Shown piece by piece: positions 23,785 to 39,850 of a stretch of 64,000 nucleotides of DNA. Source of the DNA: the human T2T-CHM13v2.0 reference genome, Homo sapiens. The position numbers were made by a program, and so were the translations under genes. The stretch's first letter is position 1. Each line of letters begins with the position of its first letter. The stretch lies in NCBI RefSeq assembly GCF_009914755.1, contig NC_060940.1; one strand, 5' to 3'. The notes beneath the pieces were generated by a model. It ran no database searches. It saw only the letters and a list, made by a program, of their open reading frames with translations, and had not been told where the DNA came from.

Positions 23785-23926
23785 TTGTTTTCACTCTTAG
23801 ACACACTGAAACACTGAAGGCTATGCAGTCTGTCTGATGGAATCAATTAAGGGAACTGGAAGCAACTCTGGCGAACAGGAAACTTACTTTTTTGAAGATG
23901 TAGTGTCTTCATAGGGTTGACTATGT
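23785..23926 (-). pseudogene. NCOA5-like pseudo-exon 7 (HSQPYED...TDCIAFSVSKSEN)
   Basis: tcatag acceptor; TDCIAFSV resembles NCOA5 VDCSVIVV. Contains an 8-bp tandem duplication (23803-23818), an inferred -1 shift and a TGA; ends at 23785 or 23782. Confidence 0.7.
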
Positions 23927-24193
23927 CTATGATTGTATAAAGAAAGCAGGAGATGTGTTTTCGTTTGACATGATACACTGGGTAAGCACCATGAATGTTC
24001 TTTCTCAAAATGAAAACATTTTTAAAATGTCCTTTTTCAAAATGGAAACATTCAAGTGTTATTTGATGAAGTCATTTCAATTGAAAGATCACAAAAGAAG
24101 ATAAAAGATGATTTTAAAGAACAGATGAGAAAAGTACATTCAGAAAAATGAGAGAAGGCTCATCCACAGTTAGTTCCCAGGACAGACCCATAC

Positions 24194-24224
24194 TTGTGGT
24201 CGTTACCACCAAGATGATTCCTTG
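24194..24224 (-). pseudogene. NCOA5-like pseudo-exon 6 (31 nt, phase 1-2; RNHLGGNDH)
   Basis: Strong ttcttttactctttag acceptor and AA|gtatgg donor. Confidence 0.6.
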
Positions 24225-25397
24225 CTAAAGAGTAAAAGAATGAGCTCATGCTGTCCTCTCAACACTTTGGGAGGCCGAGATGGGAAGATCGCTTGAGGCC
24301 AGGAGTTTGAGACCAGCCTGGGTAACATAGCGAAACCCTGTCTCTACAGAAAAAATTTAAAAAATTAGCCTGGTATGGTGACACAAGCCTGTAGTCCTAA
24401 GAGTCAGGAGGCTGAGGCAGAAGGATCACTTTAGGCCAGGAGTTCAAGGCTGCAGTGAGCTACAATGAGACCCTACCTCATTCATTCATTCATACACATA
24501 TACACAAGTGAAAGTGAAGGAATTACACGGAAGCCACTTTAGCCAACATCGCCCATCCTATAACTAATGCTGGATCAATACCCGAAGTCATCTCATCTCT
24601 CATTTCCTCAGCCCCAGTCTCCTAGTCCCAGGGAATCTGTCCTAGGCCTCTCCACTGGGTTCATGCCTCCATTCTTGCCCAACGTTTGCTTAGAAACTTG
24701 CAAAGGCCTCTACCACAATTTCTTTTCCCACTCCAATCCGTCCTACACTTCAGCCTCTGAGTAATCTTGTTAAAAGTATTACTTTCAAAAACGCCACAGT
24801 AACTGCTCGGCATCCTAAATGTCTTACCCTAGCACTCACAGTCCTGGCAAGACAGGGCTTCAACCTATCTTCACATGTTTTGTAACCTACTGGGCCCCAG
24901 ACATCCTATTCTCTTCCCAAATGTAATTTCTTGTGATCCTTGGACTCTCTCCACCCTTTTCTTCCAGCTGTGTCCTCTCTGCCTGTCTGTTTGCTGGACA
25001 CATACCAGCCCTTCCCTCAAAGGCTCAGTTCAAATGATGTTACTCCCTGAAACCCCCTTGATTTATCTCCTTGAACCCCTTACAATGGTAATCCACTCTT
25101 CCTCAATTGTACCCTCTTCCTAGAGTGGAAAAACCCTCTTAGCATGTCAGGACTTCTATTGTTATTTATGTACATGTTTTATCTTATTAGGCTGCATGAC
25201 CTACGAATAAGAATTATTACTTAATTATGTTCCTTCTTGTGCAAGCACAGAGCTCTACATATAACACGTGCACATTAAATGTATGTTTTGTGAATTACAA
25301 ATTAATACGATAATAGGAAAAATGCTTTTCTGGTAATTTAGAAAAGGATGGATGATTCCAGAAAATAAATTCAAAAGGAAAGCAAGAAAAACACAAC

Positions 25398-25423
25398 ATG
25401 GTTCATATCTACGGAGTGACAGC
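25398..25423 (-). pseudogene. NCOA5-like pseudo-exon 5 (phase 2-1; LSLRRYEP)
   Basis: tcacag acceptor; degenerate donor (exon ends at 25398 or 25395, both phase 1). Confidence 0.4.
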
Positions 25424-26053
25424 CTGTGATTCAAAATGATCACAAAAATAAGTCACATTTGGATAGCATGATTTGAAAATTAATTACTGTTTTGGAGTAT
25501 AAAGGGATGGATTAGCCAACTAATTTATCACCACACACCTTCCTGACATCAGAGTGACAGCAGAGCCAGCAACATGCCCCAGCTCAAGGGTTCCCGGGTG
25601 GCTGCAGTCTACATGGCGGCCGAAGAGTTCCAAAGCTGCTTCCACCCAGTCCCCTAATGCATGGCTAACTGCTAGAACCCAGATCACCAGGCTGGGTGAC
25701 ATCTGAGGAGTCCTTTCTAAACGCCACTCCAGGTGGAGGGGGAGAAGAAACACAACCTCCATGCCTCTCCACTACAAAAGGCAGCCCTCAAATCAACACC
25801 AGTGGGCCCAGCTCTGTAGATGGCAAGGTGGCAAGAATATCAGGGCTGTGTAAGTCCAATGGCAGCTGGTGTCAGTCACAATTCTAAAAGAATCACACGG
25901 CAGATGCAGTGGCTCACACCTGTAATCCCAGCACTTTGGGAGGCCAAGGCAGGAGGATTGCAGGAAGCTGTCAGTTCGAGACCGGCCTGGACAACATAGT
26001 CAGACCACCCCATCTCTAAATTTAAAAACTAAAAACAAATAAAAGAAGGACTA

Positions 26054-26194
<141 letters not shown>

Positions 26195-26502
26195 TTAGCT
26201 GGGTGTGGTGGCGTGCGCCTGTAATCCCAGCTTCTCAGAAAGCTGAGGCAGGAGAATCACTTGAACCCCAGAGGCAGAGGTTGCAGTGAGGCCAAGATTG
26301 CACCGCAGTACTCCAGCCTGAGTAACAGAGTGAGATTCTGTCTCAAAAAAAACCTTTTTTAAAATCATAAGATGCTACAAGTCAGATATGATGGTTGCCA
26401 CAAGTCTTGAGAAAGGGAATCTGGTCAAAGATTAATGCAGTGACCCTGGGTGATGCACAGTATTGTAGCAAAGTATTGCAGCTTTGCAAGAAACAAAGCT
26501 AC

Positions 26503-26527
26503 CGTGAATGCTGGGTCTTTACTGCCT
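26503..26527 (-). pseudogene. NCOA5-like pseudo-exon 4 (25 nt, phase 1-2; KAVKTQHSR)
   Basis: cccag acceptor, weak CG|gtagct donor; phases fit both neighbours. Confidence 0.4.
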
Positions 26528-28038
26528 CTGGGTTCAAAATTGGTTTAAATTACTATATGATCAAATTAATCCTGGGCACGTCTGGTGGTCTTTCAATTAT
26601 TAAAAAGAAATTCCATCATTTTTGAATGTAAAAGGAATTGTCCTCTCCACCCGCATGCTGTGACTGACCTCATTTCTTCTAGTACATCATCTCCCAAGGT
26701 CCAACCCTAATACCCTCCGAATGAGATGGGGCTGTATTATTGCTTTCAAAAACTCTTAGAGAACAGATGCTTTCTACAGATAAAGTCAATTTCTGCAAAG
26801 AGGATATCATGATAAACATTCTGAGTCATCTGAATTTAAGGTTGCAGATTTTCATATTAAAAAGGTGAGAAAGCCCAGGGCAGAGCTGTGTCCCGTGTGT
26901 GCCTGGTCTTCTGTGCTGGGACTGTCCGTGCTCATCAAGCCTGGGTCAGCGTCCCTTGTTGAGCAGCTAGCTCAGAGTAAGTGTGCATCCCCCCACCTGG
27001 CCATTTGTCTACACGCCAGGCTGTTTGCCAAGCATGGTGAAACCTGACATCACCCAGAGACACAGTTATCATCACATATTAAGTCTGTCTGTCCTCAAGA
27101 TAGGGGACAGAAGCAAACCAACATGTCTAACACAGCAGAGCGAGTGCCAGCCAATGCTCCCTGACACCAGGACACTACATGGGCCCAGGGGACAAGCTGA
27201 ACACAGCTGAGAGGGCAGGGGCAGTGGGGCAGGATGCCCAGAGGACCAGGCTGCCACTGTGCTTAAGTTGTCCACATGAGTTCAGCAGGCGGAGAGGAGG
27301 GAACAGGCACCCCAGACTAAAGACAAAATCACACAGATAAAGGCAGAGAGGAGTTGGAGAAGCAGTTCAGAAATGAGATAAATCCTTCTTTGAAAGCTCA
27401 GCAGCTGTCAGTGCCCAGGGGCAGTGGTTTTGCCTGTTGTGTTCACCAAAGTATCCCCAGAGCCCAGAATAGTGCCTGGCACATGGTACCTACTCCCCAT
27501 CCCCCAAAATAGCTTTGAACTTTTTTTCTGATTGAGAAATTGATAGATGTTCATTGAAAAAAAGAAAACCCTCAAGCAATACAGAAAAGATGCATAAGAC
27601 AGTAATCTTCAGAAACATCCCCACCCTCAGGTCACTCCAGTACCACCAGCGACGCTACCACCAGTGACGCCAAGAGCATCATTCTCGCAGTTCCTAAAGC
27701 AGTGTTCTCACAGAGCACTGCGGGAGGCCCAGCTCTCAGTGACTGGCGTGCTCAAGGCTGGACACTAAATTATTCGGTTTGTACACAATCTCATTTGACA
27801 CGCTACAAAGAAATAACGCTACTTCGGTTTTTTGTCGATACAAACAATAACACGATCCAAAGGCCTCTCTCACTTCCACTCTTTCTGAATCACTTGATAA
27901 AAGGGCTGGAAAAGCTTCTCTTTTTGAGTGTCCCTGATGTTGGCATCATCTGAAAAACATCTATGCGTTTGTGTTTTTGCACAGCCCAAAAAGCAATTGC
28001 TGAAGGTTTTCAGGGTCTCTTTCCAAAAGGGTAAATGA

Positions 28039-28530
<492 letters not shown>

Positions 28531-31500
28531 TGAAATTATTTTTCAATATTTCATAAAATATTCATAATTTCATAACTGAAAAATATGAAAATATTTTTTC
28601 AAATATTTTGCGGATGTATTTTCCCCTCTAAGTGTACCCCCAAAAGCCAAAAAGCAAATACCAGATCACCCAGCGCAATCTATAGTCACTAAAGCCTGTG
28701 TCTATCTGCAGGTAAATGTCGCTCCATAGTCTGCTCTGCTCTTATTTTAGTGTTTTATAAATTTCTAGGATTTTCTGCCCTTTCCATTTGTTTCCTCTTG
28801 CCCATGGAGATGAAAAGTGCTATATGGAGCCACTGATCTTTGTTATAGATTAGATAGAAAGATAGCTAGAGCTATATATTCACACTTTAAGGTGTTTAGT
28901 CCAAAGGGTTTGAGATAATTTTATCAGAAGCGTTCATCTTTAAAATTGGGGATGCTCCTCTTGGAAGGTCTTCATTGGATATGGATATGAGTAAAGAATG
29001 AGTGAACAAGATCTGCTCCCTTTACTTATAAACGCTCCACAGCGCCTGTGAGCAGGCTATTTTCCCTTGCTAAAGACATGCAAAATAGTGCACAGATGCT
29101 GGGTCATCTATCAGCTGTCTAAATAGTCCCTTTTGCTGTGATTTAACAGAAGAAAGGGAGAAGTAGATGTACGCTGTACCCTAAATCAGGCATTTTTACT
29201 GTGGCTCCCCAGGATCCAGACACCAATGTTTCTGTCCACAAGGAATGTCCTGACAGGGACTGAACCACGCTGGCGGGCAGCAATTAGCTGTTATCTAGCA
29301 AGAGGCGTCAGGCTGCACGGCGAGGCGGCCCCGAAGTGCACTCCGCAAACCATGACTACTCAGCAAGCTGCCTGCGAGCGTTCGTCCCTGTGCTTCCCCC
29401 CTTTCCGATGTTTATTCGGGTTGCTGTCCACAGCCAGCCTCCCAACAGACATTTCCAAGCAAAGCTCTTGCCTGAGTCCATGCCTCCCGCTACTGCCCTG
29501 AGAATCCTGAGCTGCACACAATGCTTCCCTCTCCGGAGCAGGCTTCATTTGTCTATTTGTCTTTGACCAACACCGGCCATTGATTCTAGAGGCCGTTCTG
29601 TAAGCCAACTGCTTTTCCTAACCCTTGCTGCCTTTTGTTCTTGCTGGCTTTCCCTCACACTTTCTACACTTTCTTTTGTTGTTATCATTGTTGTTTTTAG
29701 AGACAGGCTCTTGCTCTGTTGCCCACAGCCTGGGCACGATCAGTAGCGCGATCCTGACTCACTGTAGCCCAGAACTCCTGGGCTCAAGGGATCCTCCCAC
29801 CTTAGCCTCCCAAGCAGGTGGGAGTATGGGTGCACGCCACCATACCTAGCTAATCTTTTTATTTTTTGTAGAGATGGGGTCTCACTAAGTTGCCCAGGCT
29901 GGTCTCAAACTCCTGGCTTCAAGTGATCCACCCACTTCAGTCTTCCAAAGTGGTAGGATTACAGGCATGAGCTACCATACCTGGCCATAGACACTTTCTT
30001 TTAATGAAGTGGTAGGTAAACACCACCACCACCAAACAATTAGAGGTGACTGTGAGGAGCCTGGGAAGCCAGTACCTGGTCATCCAGGGAAGGCAGCCTA
30101 ATGTTGACAATGCAATTGGGTTTGAATCTCAGCTCTGTCGCTTACAAGCTGAGTAGCCTTGATTAAGTTACTTGACATCATCATGACTATTTCCTCACCT
30201 GTAACACGGGGATTATTAATCGACCCTACCTCTTAGTGCTATTATGAGATTGAATGAACTAATACAGGCAATATCCTCAGAATGGTGCCTGATGCAGTGT
30301 GGGCCCTGAGTCAGTGTTGGCCATTGTGATCCATCTCTGCCTTTAGGTTTCTTTCAGGTCAAGGCTAAGAAGATCTCCTTCAGAAGACCACCCAACAGTG
30401 CAGGTATTCCAGGTCTCATCTTCAGGAAATGTTACTGAGAAGAACTAACCTCCATGAACAGTCACTCCTGAATTCTACACTTCCAAGTGCTTCCGCAGTC
30501 GAGGAAAGCATTTTTCAATTCTGAATTATTAATCTAATCTGACACAAATCTCATCTTTAATGCAAGTGAGAGAGAGGCCCTGTCAAGGTTCATATATATA
30601 AAAATCAATTCAAATACAGTTCAAGGAAAACTGTTTTTACCAAAACTACAGAGAAAGATTTAAGGCAAGAATCTTAAACTGCCATGTTGATTTACCCATG
30701 TAGTTACTTAGAGGAACTTCACTGCTGAATATAAAAGCCAGAGTAAACAAAATAAAGTCGCCTTCAAAAGTGATTTATATTCTCGAGGCCAGGTGTGGTG
30801 GCTCATGCCTATAATCCCAGCACTCTGGGAGGCCGAGGCAGGCAGATCACTTGAGGTCAGGAATTCAAACCAGCCTGGCCAATATGGTGAAACCCTGTCT
30901 CTACTAAAATACAAAAATTAGCCAAGTGTGGTGGTGCATGCCTGTAGTCCCAGCTACTCAAGAGTCTGAGGCAGGAGAATAGCTTGAACCTGGGAGGAGG
31001 AAGTTGCAGTGAGCCGAGATCGCACCCCTGCATTCCAGCCTGGGCAATAGACTGAGACTCCGTCTCAACTTAAAAAAGAGAAAAAAAAGTGATTTACATA
31101 CTCGAGAATGCTACGCAGTGGTTACAAACAATGAGGATGAAGACTCCTTCATGATACACAGTTAAGTGAAAGAAACAAGTCCAGGACAATATGCCAGGGC
31201 CAGCCATTTCAGTTAAAAAAAAAAGGGGTGGGGGGAAATGGGAGAGTGGGAGAGTTCTGAAAAGGGATTTTTATTTTATCTTTTTATTTTTTGTAGAGAC
31301 AGGGTCTCACTATGTTGCCCAGACTGGTCTCAGACACCTAGCTTTTGATCTTCCCTTTTTCATTTTTGTTAAGACCCTTTTCGTTCAAGGGTCTGCTATG
31401 GATAACCCACTTTTTATTATTACATGCTCTTATAGATCTATCCATTCCTGGGGTAAAAAAAAAAATCCAGTTTTAAGTGACTTATATTTTTATTTGGCTC

Positions 31501-31918
31501 TGGAGTTCTGATTTGTATCACAATAGAATACATTTACATTCTTGAGCATATACCAATGGTTAGAGGGTAGCAAAATCAAGAGGGTGAGGTGTGAGGGTGT
31601 GGAGGAAGGGATTCAAGAGTCTGCTGTGGATAACCCACAAAGCAGGTGACCCACACCAAAACAATGGAAGAACAAAAAGGCCTGGGGGGCTAAGTCCTTC
31701 AGTCTGTAGGTATATTTTAGCCACTAAAGTCTAAGTGACTACAGAAAGGTAAAAGTTAAAGCAGAATGGCTTAATCTGATCAACTTGAACTGAGGGACTT
31801 CCCAAAAGCAAATATTAATGACATCAATTTTAACAAACATCTAAGTCTGCACAGTAAGAAAGCATTTGAATTACTACTAAAGCTTTTAGCAAATTGTGCC
31901 ACGACAATAAAATTTTAC

Positions 31919-31996
31919 CTTAGCATGTCTTCACCCTCCTTTAAGTAGCCCTCTTGGGGTGAATAAGAAGTTGGCAGAAAAGGTTTATATGGCTTA
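31919..31996 (-). pseudogene. NCOA5-like pseudo-exon 2 (78 nt, phase 2-2; KPYKPFLPTSYSPQEGYLKEGEDML)
   Basis: Long T-tract plus gcag acceptor, AAG|gtaaaa donor, open frame, length a multiple of 3. Confidence 0.7.
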
Positions 31997-32243
31997 CTGC
32001 AAAAAAAAAAAAAAGACAAAATTACACTTCAGAAGAAATTATTTCCCATAGTTCCTACATTAGTTTCCACAGTTCTGGTACACTCAGGGGTGATTAAATC
32101 CTCAGTTAAACTGGATTTTAAAATCTCAAACAATGGCCTTTCTCAAGGTTTGTTTTTTTTTTTTCAGAAGCTCTAACTCTATTTTGTAATGCCTATTTCT
32201 ATTTCTGCCTAGCTTGTTTGTTCAACTACTTTTGCAGAGTTGA

Positions 32244-32387
32244 CAACTGAACGCACAGCGCTGGCTCAGGGAGAGGCAGGAAACTCACCAGCAGAAAAGG
32301 GCTTCCACACAATGCATCTGATTTGCCCAACTGAACGAAACTCAACCCGAAAGTAAATAGGTAAATGCCGGTAGTAATTGGCAGTTA
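32244..32387 (-). promoter_or_regulatory. Candidate promoter: MYB-type motifs plus CCAAT box
   Basis: CAACTGAACG twice (32244, 32328), CAGTTA (32382) and ATTGG (32377) around putative exon 1. Confidence 0.35.
32289..32317 (-). pseudogene. NCOA5-like pseudo-exon 1 (putative ATG; MHCVEALFC, ends phase 2)
   Basis: ATG at 32317, consensus donor TG|gtgagt at 32288, phase matches exon 2. Confidence 0.5.
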
Positions 32388-34849
32388 TAAAAAACAAGCA
32401 TCACTGGTTTTGTTTAAAATGTCTCTTTGATAGATGCTCCCTCAATAGCACTATAAATTTTTGTGGATCATCTGCCACCTTTAATGTATCTGACACTGAC
32501 TTCACAATGGAGCTTGTGATAGAAAATTCCTACACAATCCATGTGCATACATTCCAAGTGTTAAATAACCTCAAGTAAGACCATTTTTATGAATATTTAC
32601 ATGCCAAATATATTTTGAAGTACGTAGCCACCATCTTCCTCATTTAAGAGCTATATAGTTAACATAGCTCTAAATCTAAGATGAAAATAAGGGGCAAAAC
32701 CAAAGAAGAAAATGCTTGCTCCAAACCATTAGCTGAAAGAGACTAGGAGCTGTCCAAGATGAACTGCAATGAATTTGGACTGAGAGGGTTAAAGAGTTAT
32801 CAGAAAGCATTCCGTTTCCAGTAAGGATGAGCACAGATGCTCTGCTCGACCCTCTTCTCAATGCTCCTCGCCAAGTTTGAAGGCCACGAGAAGGAATAAG
32901 CAGATGGTTCAATGTGAGTAAGTCAAAAGGAAGTTGCATTTGCCTTATTCCGCTTCCTAGCAACTAAACCAAATGATGCCAAGAAAGCCAGCCGGCTCTA
33001 AGGAGGAACGCTGCAGGGGATTTGAAACCCAGCGGTCAGGCAGAGCAGAGAAGGCCTCAAGACACCTTCACCTGGCACAGCAAATCCCCTGCCTACCAAC
33101 GCCCACCCTTCCCACTCCCCTCACAGTTCCAGCACCAGCCTACCTGCCCATGCTAACATCAATCTCCTGACTGTCCATTTCACGACAACCTTCCAAATTC
33201 CAGCGACATCAGTGAGCAGTCTGGCCCAGCCATCAAAGAATAAGCCCCCACTTCTCCATGGGAAGGAAGGCCCTATGCACTCTCAACACACTTCGGCCAG
33301 CTGGACAAAGAATTCTACAGGCCAAGAGGCAGCATCCTTACCACCCGTGGGCCCAAGTGCTGCAAAAGGCAGGCAACACACACCGGCTGGAATCCCAGAA
33401 GCCTGGGAAACCTGCCTCTTGGAGCCAGAGTGTGTTCCTGTTCTCCCTAAAAACAGACTAAGCAGTCCCTAAGGAGGCTAGGGATTCCCAAACAGGCCAC
33501 GTCGAGGAATTACATTCAGGCAGGAATTGCCTTGGTGGAAGTACATAAATATGCATATGAAATACATCCCCACTACAGTACAAATGACTGAAGCAAGGCT
33601 GAGGCATTGTTTTTGTTTTTGAGATCTAGTCTCGCCCTGTTGCCCAGGCTGGATTGCAATGGCGCGATCTTGGCTTATTGCCTCCTGGGTTTAAACGATT
33701 CTCTCGCCTCAGCCTCCAGAGTAGCTGGGATTAGAGGCACCTGCCACCATGCCCAGCTAATGTTTGTATTTTTAGTAGAGACGGGGGTTTCACCATGTTG
33801 GCCAGGCTGGTCTTGAACTCCTGACCTCGTGATCCACCCTCCTTGGCCTCCCAAAATGCTGGGATTACAGGCGTGAGTCACTGCACCTGGCCTGAGACAT
33901 TGTTAACCACTGCGAGGTTACCCTAAGCCCTGGCAAAGCCACTGCATTTCACCATATTCTCTGTGGCCTCCCTCTAACGGTGGCACCCATGAAAATGTCA
34001 ATTCTTCTCCTAGTCACTAAGTGGGTAGCAGGTCAACCACTGTTAAATAGAAAATGCAGCTTATAATTACAAGTATAACCCTGGAAGATTAATACATTAT
34101 CCCAGATATTCAATAAATAAAGATGTTTTCAATGCATTATATTTAAGCTTTATAACAACCACGCAAGCTGGGTAATATCAACCTCTCCACACATACCTTT
34201 CAAAAACAGAGGAGGGGCCGGGAGTGGTGGTGGTATGCTTGTAGTCCCAGCTACTCAGGAGGCTGAGGCAGGAGGATCACCTGAGGCCAGGAGTTGGAGG
34301 CTGCAGTGTGCTGTGATTGCTCCTGCACTGCACTGCAGCCTGGGCAACACAGTGGGCCCCATCCTCTAAAACAAACAAATAAAAGTTTTTAAACAGATGA
34401 CAAATCTGAGGCTCAACTCAGATGACTTGCCCCACAACTAAGCCGTGAAGCCTAAATTCAAATCCAAGTCGGTCTGACTTTAAAACCTAGATTTCTTTTA
34501 ATACATTACAGCCCAGAAACCCTCTCCAGGATGTCTGCAAGTAAATAATTAGGAAAAGCAACGTAAGAAAGACAAGTCAGAGGATACCTATATTGTCATT
34601 CTAAATTTTTATGGAAAGCACATTTAACATAGGCATAAAACAATTCTCATGTGACTTTGGACTGCAGGGAAGGAGAAAAAGAAAAAGAAACCTAAAAATT
34701 CTCATGTGACAACATGAAGAGTATGAGGGAGGGCTCCAGAGGGAAGCAGCTGCCTGCCCTGCCTCTCCTGGCCATGTCACAAGCCAACGCTGAGCCCTCT
34801 GGGTGGACCATCTAAGGAAGAGCAATTCAAAATTCAGACCTCAAGGCTG

Positions 34850-36245
<1,396 letters not shown>

Positions 36246-36773
36246 TTATAAAATTATAATTTCATAATGGATAAAAAATAAAGCTGAAAAAAATCCAAGC
36301 CTCTTTCCTGTTCCATTTTGTTCCTTCTTTTACAACAATAGCTTTCTGACATGTTTCAAGTTTTTGCACTGGTCAGAAATAATTTAGATTCTAATGTCCT
36401 TACATGGAGAGAACCTTAAATATCTCCGGAAATAAGGTCCACTGAAACACCTTCCTTGCAATTTCGAATTAAATGTACCTGTCACTCCCAAAGCCTCCAG
36501 GAATGCTAGTATGATTATTTTTAACTTTTTACTGTTGTATCTCAATTACCTCAACTTCTAAGTCAGCCGATCTATTAAATTCTCAGGGTAGAGCCCACTG
36601 GGGATAAATTTTAAAATTAAAAAGATTTTTAAGAATCTACTCTTAGAAGCTCCATCATAATTTTAAATTTCACTGAAAACAATTTGAATTTTAACACTCC
36701 TCTGGAGAAATTTCAATCAAGCCTCCAGAAATAGAAAAAGAGTAACATGGCATTGTAAAAGGGACACAGACCA

Positions 36774-37250
36774 AAAAAAGTCACAGGTTCTTTCCATAAT
36801 ATTCTAAAAAGCAGAGGTGCATGGACAGCTAGACACAGCCTTACCATAATTCTCTAAAAAGCAGAGGTCCGGCTGGGTGTGGTGGCTCACGCCTGTATCC
36901 CCAACACTTTGGGATGCCAAGGCGGGCGGATCACCTGAGGTCAGGATTTTGAGACCAGCCTGGCCAATATGGTGAAACCCCGTCTTTACTAAAAAATACA
37001 AAAATTAGCTGGGCATGGTGGCATGCACCTGTAGTCCCAGCTACCCAGGAGGCTGAGGCACAAGAATCACTTGAACCCAGGAGGTGGAGGTTGCAGCAAG
37101 CCGAGATCGCACCACTCCAGCCTGGGCAATAGAGTAAGACTCTGTTTCAAAAAAAAAAAAATCACAGGTCCATAAACAGCCAGACACAGCTTTACCATAA
37201 TACTCTAAAAAGCAGAGGTTCATACACAGCTAGACACAGTCTTATCATGC
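36774..37250 (+). repeat. Degenerate ~49-bp tandem repeat split by an AluS
   Basis: Recurrent ctaaaaagcagaggt..cagctagacacagc.ttaccataat units. Confidence 0.8.
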
Positions 37251-37870
37251 CAGTCACACCTCTAGGTGTTTACCCAACTGATCTGAAAACTTGTATGTGC
37301 ACAAAAACCTGTATACAGATGTTTATAGCAGCTTTATTCATAATCATCCAAAACTGGTAGTAATCAAGATGCCCTTCAATAGGTGAAAGGATAAACAAAC
37401 TGTGGTACATCTATTCAATGGAATATTATTATGCAATAAAAAGAAATGAGCTATCAAGACAAGAAAGACACAAATGAACCTTAAATGCATATTGCAAAGT
37501 GAAAGAAACCAGTCTAAAAAAGCAACATACTATCTGATTCCAATTAGATGACATTCTGGAAAAAGCAAAACCTCAGAGGTGGTGAAAAGGTCTGTTGTTG
37601 CCAGGGGTTTAAAGGGAAAGGGAGAAGATGAATGGTGATACACAGGGTTTTTCCAGGGGGGTGAAACCATTCTGTATGACACAGTAATGGTGGGTACATG
37701 ACACTATGCATTTGCCAAAACCCATTGACCTTTACGGCATCAAGAGTGAATCTCAAAGTATGCACCTTAAAAAAAATCATTTAGGAAGTCAGGATGGGAT
37801 ATACAATGTGACAAAACAATTACAAATGGCATCACAAATGTATAAAGGAACCTCACTGACCAGGTAAGAG
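37250..37870 (+). mobile_element. L1M(D) 3' fragment
   Basis: gcagctttattcataat...gacattctggaaaaagcaaaac. Confidence 0.8.
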
Positions 37871-38384
37871 GGAAGTTGCTGGCTCACTGTGCACAGCTTT
37901 GTAGAAAAACAAGTGGATAGGATTTGGCCCAAGGGCTACAAGGCTACAGGTGGTGGACTCCTGCTCTAAAGCCTGGCAATGACCTCTGGGGTAACTCAAA
38001 AGCCCATGGAAGGAGGGCTATGGTGATGTGGACTCCATGCCAGACCCACGGCTTTGCCAACACCTGGCCCAGAGTCAATGCTAAAGTCCTCACTGGGACC
38101 TAGAAGGTTCCCCATGATCTGGGGCCCCCGTGCTCCACACCCCACCCCCAGCCCCCACCTTGACCTTATTCTCTAATGGGCTTATAGTTGTTCTCTCCCA
38201 CAAGGACTTGCCCCTTGCTGTCCCCTAGGTAACCACATGGCATGCTCCTTCCCTCCACCCAGGGCTCTGTCCAAATGCCATCCTCCCAGTAGGGCCCTCC
38301 TCGCCTTCCCCCAACTCCCACCTGCACTCCCTGTCCCTCTGCCTTGGCTTCACTTTTCTCCAGGACATTCATCAGCATCTGATA

Positions 38385-38855
38385 CATGACCACACATATA
38401 TATGCCATCATCATTACTATCACACACACATGTCATCATCATTACTATCATCACACACATATACATCACCGTCATTACTATTATCACACACGTCATAATC
38501 ATTACTATTAACACACATACATGTCATCATTACTATTATACACACATCACCATCATTACTATTATCACACACACGTGTCATCATTACTATTAGCACACAC
38601 ATGTCACCATCGTTACTATTATCACACATACATGTCATCATCGTTACTATTATCACACACACATCACCGTCATTACTATTATCACACACACATCACCATC
38701 ATTACTATTATCACACACATATACATCATCATCATTACTATTATCACACATACATGCCATCATCATTACTATTATCACACATACATGCCATCATCATTAC
38801 TATTATCACAAACATGTCATCATTACTATTATCACACACATGTCACTATTACCAT
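38385..38855 (+). repeat. Minisatellite, ~25-29-bp unit CATCATTACTATTATCACACACA..., ~17 copies, inside an L2
   Basis: Direct reading; L2-like sequence at ~38040-38385 and 39230-39370. Confidence 0.9.
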
Positions 38856-39436
38856 GCATGGTATGGACCAGTATTCCTCAATGCTGGTTTATTTTATTTT
38901 ATTATTTGTTTTATTTTGGTTTATTTTATTTTATTATTTATTTAATTATTATTATTATTTTTTAGAGATGGGGTCTTACTCTGTTGCCCAGGCTGGAGTA
39001 CAGTGGCACGTTCTTAGCTCACTGCAGGCTTGAACTCCTGGTCTCAAGCAATCCTCCCACCTCAGCCTACTGAGAAGCTGGGACTACAGGTGTGTGCCAC
39101 CACCCCTGGCTAAGTTTTTACTTTTTTTGTAGACACAGGGTCTCACTGTGTTGGCCACACTGGTCTCAAACTCCTAGCCTTAAGGTATCATCCCACCTCT
39201 GCCTCCCGAAGTGCTCAGATTACAGGTGTGAGCTTCACTTATTTGTGTTTTCTCTAATCCCTAGCAGGAGGTAAGCGCCTAGAAGACAGGGATTTCTGCC
39301 TGCCTGTTCACTGCCATTTCCCAGCAACTGGAATGGTGCTTGCCACAGCATAGGTGCTCCATGAGTAACTGCCACCCAGATGAGTTTGCCAAGCAAACAC
39401 TTTAGATCTCTGGGTTTCAGAGAGCCCCGTCCTTCA

Positions 39437-39850
<414 letters not shown>

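Noticed and set aside
23834-23887. gtaagt...catcag as an intron within exon 7
   Set aside because: Only 54 nt, below the usual human minimum; treated as exon interior, although the gtaagt could act as a cryptic donor.
29260-29420. Locally CpG-richer patch as a CpG-island promoter
   Set aside because: Too short and CpG-poor to call.
32400-32530. Possible minus-strand exon after tgtgtag at 32530
   Set aside because: Weak acceptor, no convincing donor, no homology.
38402-39033. His-rich ORFs and a CRISPR-like periodic array
   Set aside because: Degenerate minisatellite without unique spacers, in eukaryotic DNA.
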